Shown one piece after another: positions 1 through 8,708 of a stretch of DNA of 11,042 bases. The DNA comes from a virus: the UHGV virus genome UHGV-0292601; one strand, given 5' to 3'. The translations under genes and the position numbers were made by a program. The notes beneath the pieces were generated by a model. That model was not told where the DNA came from. It worked only from the letters and a program-made list of their open reading frames with translations, and ran no database searches. Numbering within the stretch: position 1 is the stretch's first letter; every line of letters begins with the position of its first letter.

Positions 1-246
1 TTGTCATCAGCACAACCGGGCGATGTGCTGCTGTGCTGTTTTGGTTCATCGGTGCCGAATCATGCCGCCATTTACTGTGGTGATGGCGAGCTGCTGCACC
101 ATATTCCTGAACAACTGAGTAAACGAGAGAGGTATACCGACAAATGGCAGCGACGCACACACTCCCTCTGGCGTCACCGGGCATGGCACGCATCTGCCTT
201 TACGGGGATTTGCAACGATTTGGCCGCCGCATCGACCTTCGTGTGA
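1..246 (+). CDS. K: Tail assembly protein K, C-terminal part (5' end lies outside the window)
   Basis: The frame is open from base 1 and the translation (…GDVLLCCFGSSVPNHAAIYCGDGELLHHIPEQLSKRERYTDKWQ…) matches my recollection of the lambda gpK C-terminus. It overlaps the start of the next gene exactly as K and I do in lambda. The 'M' shown by the ORF track at TTG is an artefact of window truncation. Confidence 0.8.
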   Translation: MSSAQPGDVLLCCFGSSVPNHAAIYCGDGELLHHIPEQLSKRERYTDKWQRRTHSLWRHRAWHASAFTGICNDLAAASTFV

Positions 247-791
247 AAACGGGGGCTGAAGCCATCCGGGCGCTGGCCACACAGCTCCCGGCGTTTCGTC
301 AGAAACTGAGCGACGGCTGGTATCAGGTGCGCATTGCCGGGCGTGATGCAGGCGAAAATGAATTATCTGCCCGTCTTAATGAACCGCTGGCAAATGGTGC
401 CGTGATCCACATCGTTCCGCGTCTGGCGGGTGCCAAAAGTGGCGGTGTGTTTCAGGCGGTGCTGGGTGCGGCGCTGATTGCGGTGGCATGGTGGAACCCT
501 GTGGGCTGGCTGGGGGCCGCGGCTGTATCGGGTATGTATGCAGCAGGGGCCAGTATGATCCTGGGTGGTGTGGCGCAGATGCTGGCACCGAAAGCCAGAA
601 CTCCCCGTACACAGACAACGGATAACGGTAAGCAGAACACCTATTTCTCCTCACTGGATAACATGGTTGCCCAGGGCAATGTTCTGCCTGTTCTGTACGG
701 GGAAATGCGCGTGGGGTCGCGGGTGGTCTCTCAGGAGATCAGCACGGCAGACGAGGGGGACGGTGGTCAGGTTGTGGTGATTGGTCGTTGA
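144..791 (+). CDS. I: Tail assembly protein I
   Basis: 215-aa ORF starting MAATHTLPLASPGMARICLYGDLQRFGRRIDLRVKTGAEAIRALA and ending …VSQEISTADEGDGGQVVVIGR, both matching lambda gpI as I recall it; the middle is divergent. It sits between K and J. Confidence 0.88.
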   Translation: MAATHTLPLASPGMARICLYGDLQRFGRRIDLRVKTGAEAIRALATQLPAFRQKLSDGWYQVRIAGRDAGENELSARLNEPLANGAVIHIVPRLAGAKSGGVFQAVLGAALIAVAWWNPVGWLGAAAVSGMYAAGASMILGGVAQMLAPKARTPRTQTTDNGKQNTYFSSLDNMVAQGNVLPVLYGEMRVGSRVVSQEISTADEGDGGQVVVIGR

Positions 792-809
792 TGAAAAACG
801 TTTTATGTG

Positions 810-829
810 AAACCGCCTCAGGGCGGTTT
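810..829 (+). other. Short stem-loop in the I-J intergenic region
   Basis: AAACCGCC (810-817) / TCAG loop / GGCGGTTT (822-829), followed by a T-rich stretch, about 20 nt upstream of the J start. Could be an attenuator or mRNA-processing/stability element; function not established. Confidence 0.3.
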
Positions 830-851
830 TGTCGTTTCTGGAGCGTGAGGA

Positions 852-3800
852 ATGGGTAAAGGCAGCAGTAAGGGGCATACCCCGCGCGAAGCGAAGGACA
901 ACCTGAAATCATCCCAGATGCTGAGCGTGATAGACGCCATCAGTGAAGGGCCGATTGAAGGTCCGGTGGACGGATTAAAAAGTGTGCTGCTGAACAGTAC
1001 GCCAGTGCTGGACAGTGAGGGGAATACCAATATCTCCGGCGTCACGGTGGTGTTCCGGGCAGGTGAGCAGGAGCAGACACCGCCGGAGGGATTTGAATCC
1101 TCCGGCTCCGAGACGGTGCTGGGTACGGAAGTGAAGTACGACACGCCGATTACCCGGACCATCACGTCTGCAAACATCGACCGTCTGCGCTTTACCTTCG
1201 GTGTGCAGGCACTGGTGGAAACCACCTCAAAGGGGGACCGGAATCCGTCGGAAGTCCGCCTGCTGGTTCAGATACAGCGTAACGGTGGCTGGGTGACGGA
1301 AAAAGACATCACCATTAAAGGCAAAACCACCTCGCAGTATCTGGCCTCGGTGGTGGTGGATAACCTGCCGCCGCGCCCGTTCAACATCCGGATGCGCAGG
1401 ATGACGCCGGACAGCACCACAGACCAGCTGCAGAACAAAACGCTCTGGTCGTCATACACCGAAATCATCGATGTGAAACAGTGCTACCCGAACACTGCAC
1501 TGGTCGGCGTGCAGGTGGACTCGGAGCAGTTCGGCAGCCAGCAGGTGAGCCGTAATTATCATCTTCGCGGGCGCATTCTGCAGGTGCCGTCGAACTATAA
1601 CCCGCAGACGCGGCAATACAGCGGTATCTGGGACGGAACGTTTAAGCCGGCATACAGCAACAACCCGGCCTGGTGTCTGTGGGATATGCTGACCCACCCG
1701 CGCTACGGCATGGGGAAACGTCTTGGTGCGGCGGATGTGGATAAATGGGCGCTGTATGTCATCGGCCAGTACTGCGACCAGTCAGTGCCGGACGGTTTTG
1801 GCGGCACGGAGCCGCGCATCACCTGTAATGCCTGGCTGACCACGCAGCGTAAGGCGTGGGATGTGCTCAGTGATTTCTGCTCGGCGATGCGCTGTATGCC
1901 GGTATGGAACGGGCAGACGCTGACGTTCGTGCAGGACCGACCATCAGATAAGGTGTGGATCTATAACCGCAGTAATGTGGTGATGTCGGATGATGGCGCG
2001 CCGTTCCGCTACAGCTTCAGCGCCCTGAAGGACCGCCATAATGCCGTTGAGGTGAACTGGATTGACCCGAACAACGGCTGGGAGACGGCGACAGAGCTTG
2101 TTGAAGATACGCAGGCCATTGCCCGTTACGGTCGTAATGTCACGAAGATGGATGCCTTTGGCTGTACCAGCCGGGGGCAGGCACACCGCGCCGGGCTGTG
2201 GCTGATTAAAACGGAACTGCTGGAGACGCAGACCGTGGACTTCAGCGTGGGCGCAGAAGGGCTTCGCCATGTACCGGGCGATGTCATTGAAATCTGCGAT
2301 GATGACTATGCCGGTATCAGCACCGGTGGTCGCGTGCTGGCGGTGAACAGCCAGACCCGGACGCTGACGCTCGACCGTGAAATCACGCTGCCATCCTCCG
2401 GTACCACGCTGATAAGCCTGGTTGACGGAAGTGGTAATCCGGTCAGCGTGGAGGTTCAGTCCGTCACCGACGGACTTAAGGTGAAAGTGAACCGGGTTCC
2501 TGACGGCGTTGCAGAATACAGTGTGTGGGGGCTGAAGTTGCCGACGTTGCGTCAGCGCCTGTTCCGCTGTGTGAGTATCCGTGAGAACGATGACGGCACG
2601 TATGCCATCACTGCCGTGCAGCATGTACCGGAAAAAGAAGCCATCGTGGATAACGGGGCGCACTTTGACGGCGACCAGAGCGGCACGGTGAATGGTGTCA
2701 CGCCGCCAGCGGTGCAGCACCTGACCGCCGAAGTCACCGCAGACAGCGGGGAATATCAGGTGCTGGCGCGCTGGGACACGCCGAAGGTGGTGAAGGGCGT
2801 GAGCTTCCTGCTCCGTCTGACCGTAACAGCGGATGACGGCAGTGAGCTGCTGGTCAGCACGGCCCGGACGACGGAAACCACATACCGCTTCACGCAACTG
2901 GCGCCAGGGAACTACAGGCTGACAGTCCGGGCGGTAAATGCGTGGGGGCAGCAGGGCGATCCGGCGTCGGTATCGTTCCGGATTGCCGCCCCGGCAGCGC
3001 CGTCGCGGATTGAGCTGACGCCGGGCTATTTTCAGATAACCGCCACGCCGCATCTTGCCGTTTATGACCCGACGGTACAGTTTGAGTTCTGGTTCTCGGA
3101 AAAGCGGATTACCGATATCAGGCAGGTTGAAACCACAGCCCGCTATCTTGGTACGGCGCTGTACTGGATAGCCGCCAGTATCAATATCAAACCGGGCCAT
3201 GATTATTACTTTTATATCCGCAGTGTGAACACCGTTGGCAAATCGGCATTCGTGGAGGCCGTCGGTCGGGCGAGCGATGATGCGGAAGGTTACCTGGATT
3301 TTTTCAAAGGCAAGATAACCGAATCCCATCTCGGTAAAGAGCTGCTGGAAAAAGTTGATCTGACGGAGGATAACGCCAGCAGACTGGATGAGTTTTCGAA
3401 AGAGTGGAAGGACGCTAACGATAAATGGAATGCCATGTGGGGCGTCAAAATTGAGCAGACCAAAGACGGCAAACATTATGTCGCGGGTATTGGCCTCAGC
3501 ATGGAGGACACGGAGGAAGGCAAGCTGAGCCAGTTTCTGGTTGCCGCTAACCGTATCGCGTTTATTGACCCGGCAAACGGGAATGAAACGCCGATGTTTG
3601 TGGCGCAGGGCAACCAGATATTCATGAACGACGTGTTCCTGAAGCGCCTGACAGCCCCCACCATTACCAGCGGTGGCAGTCCTCCGGTATTTTCCCTGAC
3701 ATCAGACGGAAAGCTGACCGCTAAAAATGCGGATATCAGTGGTAGTGTGAATGCGAACTCAGGAACGCTCAACAATGTCACGATTAACCAGAACTGTACG

Positions 3801-4265
3801 ATTAAGGGCATGCTGGAGGCGACTCAGGTCAGAGGTGACTTCGTTAAAGCTGTATCCAAATCATTTCCGAAACAGGCTGGTACGTGGGGTAACACGGAAA
3901 CGCCAAACGGGACGGTTACAGTCACCATCAGCGATGATCATAACTTTGACCGTCAAATCATTATTCCGCCCATTATCTTTAACGGAATAGCGTATAGCGA
4001 TCCGGGAAGTGGTAATAACCCGGGAGGTACAAGATACACGGGTTATGGTTTTGAAGTTCGCAAAAACGGTGTATTAATCGCATCCAGAGAAACTAAAGGG
4101 GCCATTCCCGGTAGCTACAGTGCGGTTATTGATATGCCGAGTGGCAGGGGAAGCGTCACTCTGGAGTTTAAGGTTTTCCATAAAGGCAATCAATGGGCAG
4201 GTAATATCACCGACTGTACGGTGATTGTGACCAAAAAAGCCGCTTCCGGCATCAGTATTCGTTGA
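852..4265 (+). CDS. J: Tail tip / host specificity protein J (central tail fiber)
   Basis: 1137-aa ORF with a GAGG Shine-Dalgarno at 845-848. The N-terminus [20 protein letters not shown]… and most of the length are near-identical to lambda gpJ as I recall it. The last ~150 codons diverge and become AT-rich. Confidence 0.95.
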   Translation: MGKGSSKGHTPREAKDNLKSSQMLSVIDAISEGPIEGPVDGLKSVLLNSTPVLDSEGNTNISGVTVVFRAGEQEQTPPEGFESSGSETVLGTEVKYDTPITRTITSANIDRLRFTFGVQALVETTSKGDRNPSEVRLLVQIQRNGGWVTEKDITIKGKTTSQYLASVVVDNLPPRPFNIRMRRMTPDSTTDQLQNKTLWSSYTEIIDVKQCYPNTALVGVQVDSEQFGSQQVSRNYHLRGRILQVPSNYNPQTRQYSGIWDGTFKPAYSNNPAWCLWDMLTHPRYGMGKRLGAADVDKWALYVIGQYCDQSVPDGFGGTEPRITCNAWLTTQRKAWDVLSDFCSAMRCMPVWNGQTLTFVQDRPSDKVWIYNRSNVVMSDDGAPFRYSFSALKDRHNAVEVNWIDPNNGWETATELVEDTQAIARYGRNVTKMDAFGCTSRGQAHRAGLWLIKTELLETQTVDFSVGAEGLRHVPGDVIEICDDDYAGISTGGRVLAVNSQTRTLTLDREITLPSSGTTLISLVDGSGNPVSVEVQSVTDGLKVKVNRVPDGVAEYSVWGLKLPTLRQRLFRCVSIRENDDGTYAITAVQHVPEKEAIVDNGAHFDGDQSGTVNGVTPPAVQHLTAEVTADSGEYQVLARWDTPKVVKGVSFLLRLTVTADDGSELLVSTARTTETTYRFTQLAPGNYRLTVRAVNAWGQQGDPASVSFRIAAPAAPSRIELTPGYFQITATPHLAVYDPTVQFEFWFSEKRITDIRQVETTARYLGTALYWIAASINIKPGHDYYFYIRSVNTVGKSAFVEAVGRASDDAEGYLDFFKGKITESHLGKELLEKVDLTEDNASRLDEFSKEWKDANDKWNAMWGVKIEQTKDGKHYVAGIGLSMEDTEEGKLSQFLVAANRIAFIDPANGNETPMFVAQGNQIFMNDVFLKRLTAPTITSGGSPPVFSLTSDGKLTAKNADISGSVNANSGTLNNVTINQNCTIKGMLEATQVRGDFVKAVSKSFPKQAGTWGNTETPNGTVTVTISDDHNFDRQIIIPPIIFNGIAYSDPGSGNNPGGTRYTGYGFEVRKNGVLIASRETKGAIPGSYSAVIDMPSGRGSVTLEFKVFHKGNQWAGNITDCTVIVTKKAASGISIR

Positions 4266-4285
4266 AATTGTTATAACCCATATAA

Positions 4286-4310
4286 GGGCACCAGAAATGG
4301 TGCCTTTTTT
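4286..4310 (+). terminator. Rho-independent terminator downstream of J
   Basis: GC-rich hairpin GGGCACC (4286-4292) / AGAAAT loop / GGTGCC (4299-4304), followed immediately by TTTTTT (4305-4310). Confidence 0.6.
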
Positions 4311-4334
4311 ATTGCAGAAAAGCGAGAGGTAATT

Positions 4335-4934
4335 ATGCGTAAACTTTATGCCGCCATTTTGTCCGCAGCCATTTGTCTGGCCGTATCCGGTGCGCCTGCA
4401 TGGGCATCTGAACATCAGTCCACGCTGAGCGCGGGGTATCTTCATGCCCGGACCAACGTTCCCGGCAGTGATGATCTGAACGGGATTAACGTGAAATACC
4501 GTTATGAGTTTACGGATACGCTGGGGCTGGTGACGTCATTCAGCTATGCAGGAGACAAGAATCGCCAGCTGACCCGTTACAGCGATACCCGCTGGCATGA
4601 AGATTCCGTTCGTAACCGCTGGTTCAGCGTAATGGCGGGGCCGTCTGTGCGCGTGAATGAATGGTTCAGCGCGTATGCGATGGCGGGTGTGGCTTACAGC
4701 CGTGTGTCGACTTTCTCCGGGGATTATCTCCGCGTAACTGACAACAAGGGGAAAACGCACGACGTGCTGACCGGAAGTGATGACGGTCGCCACAGCAACA
4801 CGTCTCTGGCGTGGGGAGCTGGCGTGCAGTTTAACCCGACCGAATCCGTGGCCATTGATATTGCTTATGAAGGCTCCGGCAGTGGCGACTGGCGCACTGA
4901 CGGTTTCATCGTGGGTGTCGGTTATAAGTTCTGA
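4335..4934 (+). CDS. lom: Outer membrane protein Lom (Ail/Lom family beta-barrel)
   Basis: 199-aa ORF with a GAGAGG Shine-Dalgarno upstream. It has an N-terminal signal peptide (MRKLYAAILSAAICLAVSGAPAWA) and a C-terminal aromatic residue (…GVGYKF) typical of outer membrane beta-barrels. The sequence is near-identical to lambda Lom as I recall it. Confidence 0.93.
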   Translation: MRKLYAAILSAAICLAVSGAPAWASEHQSTLSAGYLHARTNVPGSDDLNGINVKYRYEFTDTLGLVTSFSYAGDKNRQLTRYSDTRWHEDSVRNRWFSVMAGPSVRVNEWFSAYAMAGVAYSRVSTFSGDYLRVTDNKGKTHDVLTGSDDGRHSNTSLAWGAGVQFNPTESVAIDIAYEGSGSGDWRTDGFIVGVGYKF

Positions 4935-4960
4935 TTAGCCAGGTAACACAGTGTTATGAC

Positions 4961-4988
4961 AGCCCGCCGGTTCAGGCGGGCTTTTTTG
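4961..4988 (+). terminator. Rho-independent terminator downstream of lom
   Basis: Hairpin AGCCCGCC (4961-4968) / GGTTCA loop / GGCGGGCT (4975-4982), followed by TTTTTT. Confidence 0.6.
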
Positions 4989-4998
4989 TGGGGTGAAT

Positions 4999-6759
4999 AT
5001 GGCAGTTAAGATTTCAGGTGTACTGAAAGACGGCACAGGAAAACCGGTACAGAACTGCACAATCCAGCTGAAAGCAAAACGTAACAGCACCACGGTGGTG
5101 GTGAACACGCTGGCCTCAGAAAATCCGGATGAAGCCGGGCGTTACAGCATGGACGTTGAGTACGGTCAGTACAGCGTTATTCTGTTGGTGGAGGGATTCC
5201 CGCCGTCACATGCCGGGACCATCACCGTGTATGAAGATTCCCGACCCGGTACGCTGAATGATTTTCTCGGTGCCATGACGGAGGATGATGCCCGTCCGGA
5301 GGCTCTGCGCCGTTTTGAACTGATGGTGGAAGAGGTGGCGCGTAACGCGTCCGCGGTGGCACAGAACACGGCAGCCGCGAAGAAGTCAGCCAGTGATGCC
5401 GGCACATCTGCCAGTGAGGCGGCAACCCATGCGACTGATGCTGCAGGCTCAGCGCGTGCAGCCAGCACGTCAGCCGGACAGGCCGCGACGTCGGCTCAGG
5501 AGGCGTCTTCCAGCGCAGGAACGGCATCAACAAAGGCCACTGAAGCATCAAAAAGTGCTGCCGCTGCAGAGTCCTCAAAAAGCGCGGCGGCCACCAGTGC
5601 CGGTGCCGCGAAAACGTCAGAAACGAATGCTGCAGCGTCACAACAATCAGCAGCCACTTCTGCATCCACCGCGACCACGAAAGCGTCAGAAGCTGCCTCC
5701 TCAGCCCGGGATGCGTCGGCTTCAAAAGAGGCGGCAAAATCATCAGAAACGAACGCATCATCAAGCGCCAGTAGTGCCGCTTCCTCGGCAACGGCGGCAG
5801 GAAATTCCGCGAAGGCGGCAAAGACGTCTGAGACAAACGCTAAGTCCTCTGAAACGGCAGCGGAACAGAGTGCCTCAGCTGCGGCAGGCTCAAAAACAGC
5901 GGCTGCATCATCTGCCAGTGCCGCGTCAACAAGTGCCGGGCAGGCCTCAGCCAGTGCCACCGCCGCCGGAAAATCGGCAGAAAGTGCTGCATCGTCCGCT
6001 TCAACAGCCACAACGAAGGCTGGCGAAGCCGCTGTACAGGCCAGCGCAGCAGCGAGGTCTGCTTCCGCAGCGAAGACATCCGAGACGAACGCGAAAGCGT
6101 CGGAAACCAGCGCAGAATCCTCAAAAACGGCTGCCGCATCGTCCGCCAGTTCGGCGGCGTCATCGGCATCATCTGCGTCTGCTTCAAAAGATGAGGCGAC
6201 CAGACAAGCGTCCGCAGCGAAGGGCAGCGCCACGACAGCATCCACGAAGGCGACAGAGGCAGCTGGCAGTGCGACGGCGGCAGCACAGAGCAAAAGTACG
6301 GCGGAATCCGCGGCAACGCGCGCCGAGACAGCGGCAAAACGGGCAGAGGATATTGCATCCGCCGTGGCGCTTGAGGATGCGAGCACGACGAAAAAGGGGA
6401 TAGTACAGCTCAGCAGTGCGACCAACAGCACTTCCGAGTCACAGGCGGCAACGCCAAAAGCCGTTAAGGCCGCGTATGACCTGGCTAACGGGAAATACAC
6501 CGCACAGGATGCAACGACAGCACAGAAAGGGATAATCCAGCTAAGCAGCGCGACCAACAGCACATCTGAAACGCTTGCCGCGACACCAAAGGCAGTAAAA
6601 ACAGCCTATGACAATGCTGAGAAACGTCTGCAGAAAGATCAGAACGGTGCGGATATCCCTGGCAAAGACACCTTTACGAAAAATATTGGTGCCTGCCGTG
6701 CCTTCGGTGGGTCAGTAAGCACAACAACAGGAAACTGGACGACTGCACAGTTTATCTAG
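4999..6759 (+). CDS. stf: Side tail fiber protein Stf, N-terminal and shaft part (ends at an in-frame TAG)
   Basis: MAVKISGVLKDGTGKPVQNCTIQLKA… matches the lambda Stf N-terminus. The ORF track starts at GTG 4993, but ATG 4999 gives the lambda-like start. A long Ala/Ser/Thr-rich shaft is followed by two copies of the conserved GI(V/I)QLSSATNSTSE…ATPKAVK tail-fiber repeat. The frame stops at TAG 6757-6759 and reopens immediately in the same frame. Confidence 0.85.
   Translation: MAVKISGVLKDGTGKPVQNCTIQLKAKRNSTTVVVNTLASENPDEAGRYSMDVEYGQYSVILLVEGFPPSHAGTITVYEDSRPGTLNDFLGAMTEDDARPEALRRFELMVEEVARNASAVAQNTAAAKKSASDAGTSASEAATHATDAAGSARAASTSAGQAATSAQEASSSAGTASTKATEASKSAAAAESSKSAAATSAGAAKTSETNAAASQQSAATSASTATTKASEAASSARDASASKEAAKSSETNASSSASSAASSATAAGNSAKAAKTSETNAKSSETAAEQSASAAAGSKTAAASSASAASTSAGQASASATAAGKSAESAASSASTATTKAGEAAVQASAAARSASAAKTSETNAKASETSAESSKTAAASSASSAASSASSASASKDEATRQASAAKGSATTASTKATEAAGSATAAAQSKSTAESAATRAETAAKRAEDIASAVALEDASTTKKGIVQLSSATNSTSESQAATPKAVKAAYDLANGKYTAQDATTAQKGIIQLSSATNSTSETLAATPKAVKTAYDNAEKRLQKDQNGADIPGKDTFTKNIGACRAFGGSVSTTTGNWTTAQFI
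5341..6390 (+). repeat. Ala/Ser/Thr-rich low-complexity coding repeats in the Stf shaft
   Basis: Degenerate reiteration of units such as AAKTSETNA, SSASSAASSA and TKATEAA at the protein level. The GC-rich GCN/TCN codon runs generate long spurious ORFs in other frames and on the - strand. Confidence 0.7.
6391..6612 (+). repeat. Tandem duplication of the tail-fiber repeat (two ~132-bp units)
   Basis: Unit 1 is 6391-6480 (KKGIVQLSSATNSTSESQAATPKAVKAAYD). Unit 2 is 6523-6612 (QKGIIQLSSATNSTSETLAATPKAVKTAYD). Confidence 0.8.
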
Positions 6760-6798
6760 TGGCTGGATTCTCAGGGAGCATTTAACCATCCCTACTGG

Positions 6799-8070
6799 AT
6801 GTGCAAGGGTTCCTGGTCTTATGGCAATAATAAAATCATTACTGATACTGACTGCGGTAATATTCATCTCGCCGGAGCTGTCATTGAAGTAATGGGGATA
6901 AAGTCAGCGATGACGATCCGCATTACCACACCGACCACCTCCACTGGTGGTGGAACAACTAACGCCCAGTTTACCTATATTAATCACGGAACAGATTATT
7001 CACCTGGCTGGCGAAGGGACTATAACTCCAGAAATAAGCCAACGGCATCAGAGATCGGGGCGTTACCGTCAGGTGGAACAGCAGTATCATCAGTTAATCT
7101 GGCTTCAAAAGGTCGGGTAACCGCGCTGACAGACAATACGCAGGGGGCAACAGGTCTTGAGTTATACGAGGTGTATAACAACGGATATCCAACAGCGTAT
7201 GGAAATATCATTCACCTGAAAGGGATGACAGCCGTTGGCGAAGGTGAGTTACTCATCGGCTGGAGTGGTACAAGCGGTGCTCATGCTCCGGCATTTATTC
7301 GTTCACGACGGGATACGACCGACGCAAACTGGTCGCCGTGGGCGCAGCTTTACACCTCGGCTCATCCTCCTGCAGAGTTTTATCCAGTCGGTGCACCAAT
7401 CCCGTGGCCATCAGATACCGTTCCGTCTGGTTATGCCCTGATGCACGGGCAGACTTTTGACAAATCTGCCTACCCGAAACTTGCAGCCGCTTATCCGTCA
7501 GGCGTGATCCCTGATATGCGTGGCTGGACGATTAAGGGCAAACCTGCCAGTGGTCGTGCCGTATTGTCTCAGGAACAGGACGGCATTAAATCGCACACCC
7601 ACAGCGCCAGCGCATCCAGTACGGATTTGGGGACGAAAACCACATCGTCGTTTGATTACGGCACTAAATCCACGAATAACACCGGGGCTCATACGCACAG
7701 TCTGAGCGGCTCTACAAGCTCGGCCGGAGCACACTCGCACGTTGATGGTCGCAGGTTTAATACAAGCACTTTTAAAGACACCTATCAGTATGGTTCTACA
7801 GCTGTCGGAAGTAACTCATACCAGGTACAAGGGGCGGTTGGTCTGGGCATTGGCACGATGGCGAATACGAACTCTGCTGGCGCGCATACCCACTCACTGT
7901 CCGGCACTGCTGCAAGCGCAGGTGCACACGCACATACTGTCGGTATTGGTGCTCATACGCACTCCGTTGCGATTGGTTCACATGGACACACCATCACCGT
8001 TAACGCTGCTGGTAACGCGGAAAACACCGTCAAAAACATCGCATTTAACTATATTGTGAGGCTTGCATAA
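6799..8070 (+). CDS. stf: Side tail fiber protein Stf, C-terminal part (same frame as 4999..6759; sense codons run from 6760)
   Basis: In frame with the upstream stf ORF ((6799-4993) is divisible by 3). The 13 codons from 6760 to 6798 contain no stop. The C-terminal ~230 aa (…[19 protein letters not shown]…GAHTHSLSG…[22 protein letters not shown]) match the lambda Stf C-terminus, including the His-X-His repeats. The stop TAA 8068-8070 overlaps the tfa ATG (TAATG). Confidence 0.8.
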   Translation: MCKGSWSYGNNKIITDTDCGNIHLAGAVIEVMGIKSAMTIRITTPTTSTGGGTTNAQFTYINHGTDYSPGWRRDYNSRNKPTASEIGALPSGGTAVSSVNLASKGRVTALTDNTQGATGLELYEVYNNGYPTAYGNIIHLKGMTAVGEGELLIGWSGTSGAHAPAFIRSRRDTTDANWSPWAQLYTSAHPPAEFYPVGAPIPWPSDTVPSGYALMHGQTFDKSAYPKLAAAYPSGVIPDMRGWTIKGKPASGRAVLSQEQDGIKSHTHSASASSTDLGTKTTSSFDYGTKSTNNTGAHTHSLSGSTSSAGAHSHVDGRRFNTSTFKDTYQYGSTAVGSNSYQVQGAVGLGIGTMANTNSAGAHTHSLSGTAASAGAHAHTVGIGAHTHSVAIGSHGHTITVNAAGNAENTVKNIAFNYIVRLA

Positions 8071-8654
8071 TGACATTCAGAATGAGTGAACAAGCACGGA
8101 CCATAAAAATTTATAATCTGCTGGCCGGAACTAATGAATTTATTGGTGAAGGTGATGCATATATTCCGCCTCATACAGGTCTGCCAGCAAACAGTACCGA
8201 TATTGCACCACCAGATATTCCTGCTGGCTTTGTGGCTGTTTTCAACAGTGATGAGGCATCGTGGCATCTCGTTGAAGACCATCGGGGTAAAACGGTTTAT
8301 GACGTGGCTTCCGGCGACGCGTTATTTATTTCTGAACTCGGTCCGTTACCGGAAAATGTTACCTGGTTATCGCCGGAAGGGGAGTTTCAGAAGTGGAACG
8401 GCACAGCCTGGGTGAAGGATACGGAAGCAGAAAAACTGTTCCGGATCCGGGAGGCGGAAGAAACAAAAAACAGCCTGATGCAGGTAGCCAGTGAGCATAT
8501 TGCGCCACTTCAGGATGCTGTAGATCTGGAAATCGCAACGGAGGAAGAAACCTCATTGCTGGAAGCCTGGAAAAAGTATCGGGTGTTGCTGAACCGTGTT
8601 GATACATCAACTGCACCTGATATTGAGTGGCCTACGAACCCTGTCAGGGAGTAA
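8070..8654 (+). CDS. tfa: Tail fiber assembly protein Tfa
   Basis: 194-aa [57 protein letters not shown]… near-identical to lambda Tfa as I recall it. Its start overlaps the stf stop, consistent with translational coupling. Confidence 0.9.
   Translation: MTFRMSEQARTIKIYNLLAGTNEFIGEGDAYIPPHTGLPANSTDIAPPDIPAGFVAVFNSDEASWHLVEDHRGKTVYDVASGDALFISELGPLPENVTWLSPEGEFQKWNGTAWVKDTEAEKLFRIREAEETKNSLMQVASEHIAPLQDAVDLEIATEEETSLLEAWKKYRVLLNRVDTSTAPDIEWPTNPVRE
8489..8610 (+). repeat. Direct repeat, copy 1 (tfa 3' region)
   Basis: About 120 bp matching 9538..9659 at an estimated 85% identity (for example TATTGCGCCACTTCAGGATGCTGTAGATCTGGAAATCGCAACGGAGGAAGAAA versus the same with one mismatch at 9547-9599). 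Confidence 0.85.
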
Positions 8655-8668
8655 TCATTGGGATTATG

Positions 8669-8701
8669 CCGCAGCACGTCTTAAGCAAGAACGTGCTGCG
8701 G
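8669..8701. terminator. Hairpin between the convergent tfa and methyltransferase genes (possible bidirectional terminator)
   Basis: Perfect 11-bp stem CCGCAGCACGT (8669-8679) / ACGTGCTGCGG (8691-8701) with an 11-nt loop. On the + strand a T6 run follows about 10 nt later (8712-8717). On the - strand it lies directly after the methyltransferase stop but has no U-tract. Confidence 0.4.
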
Positions 8702-8708
8702 TTGGATG

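Noticed and set aside
1944-3476. 510-aa ORF on the - strand, entirely inside J
   Set aside because: It is antisense to a strongly supported, highly conserved gene. The translation is Arg/Pro/Gly-rich with no recognisable domain, typical of the open antisense frame of GC-rich coding DNA.
4262-4334. Dedicated sigma70 promoter for lom between the J terminator and the lom start
   Set aside because: Candidate hexamers (TTGAAA at 4262-4267, TATAAG at 4281-4286) are only 13 nt apart, and the -10 candidate overlaps the terminator stem. No convincing -35/-10 pair with 16-18 nt spacing is present, so any promoter call would be guesswork.
5222-6563. Several long ORFs in alternative frames and on the - strand within stf (5393..6403 +, 5496..6563 -, 5222..5836 -, 5840..6358 -)
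   Set aside because: They are artefacts of the GCN/TCN-rich Ala/Ser repeat region. The translations are extreme low-complexity (poly-Arg/Pro/Gln or poly-Ala/Asp) with no start context. The Stf frame is the one supported by lambda similarity.
5341-6612. Possible CRISPR array suggested by the repetitive DNA
   Set aside because: The repeats are degenerate, in-frame coding repeats of a fiber protein. There are no unique spacers of regular length, and no leader or cas genes.
7235-8059. Small ORFs inside the stf C-terminal half (7235..7441 +, 7498..7740 -, 7520..7705 +, 7742..8059 +, 7796..7981 -)
   Set aside because: All are nested in alternative frames of the conserved Stf C-terminal coding region and have no independent support.
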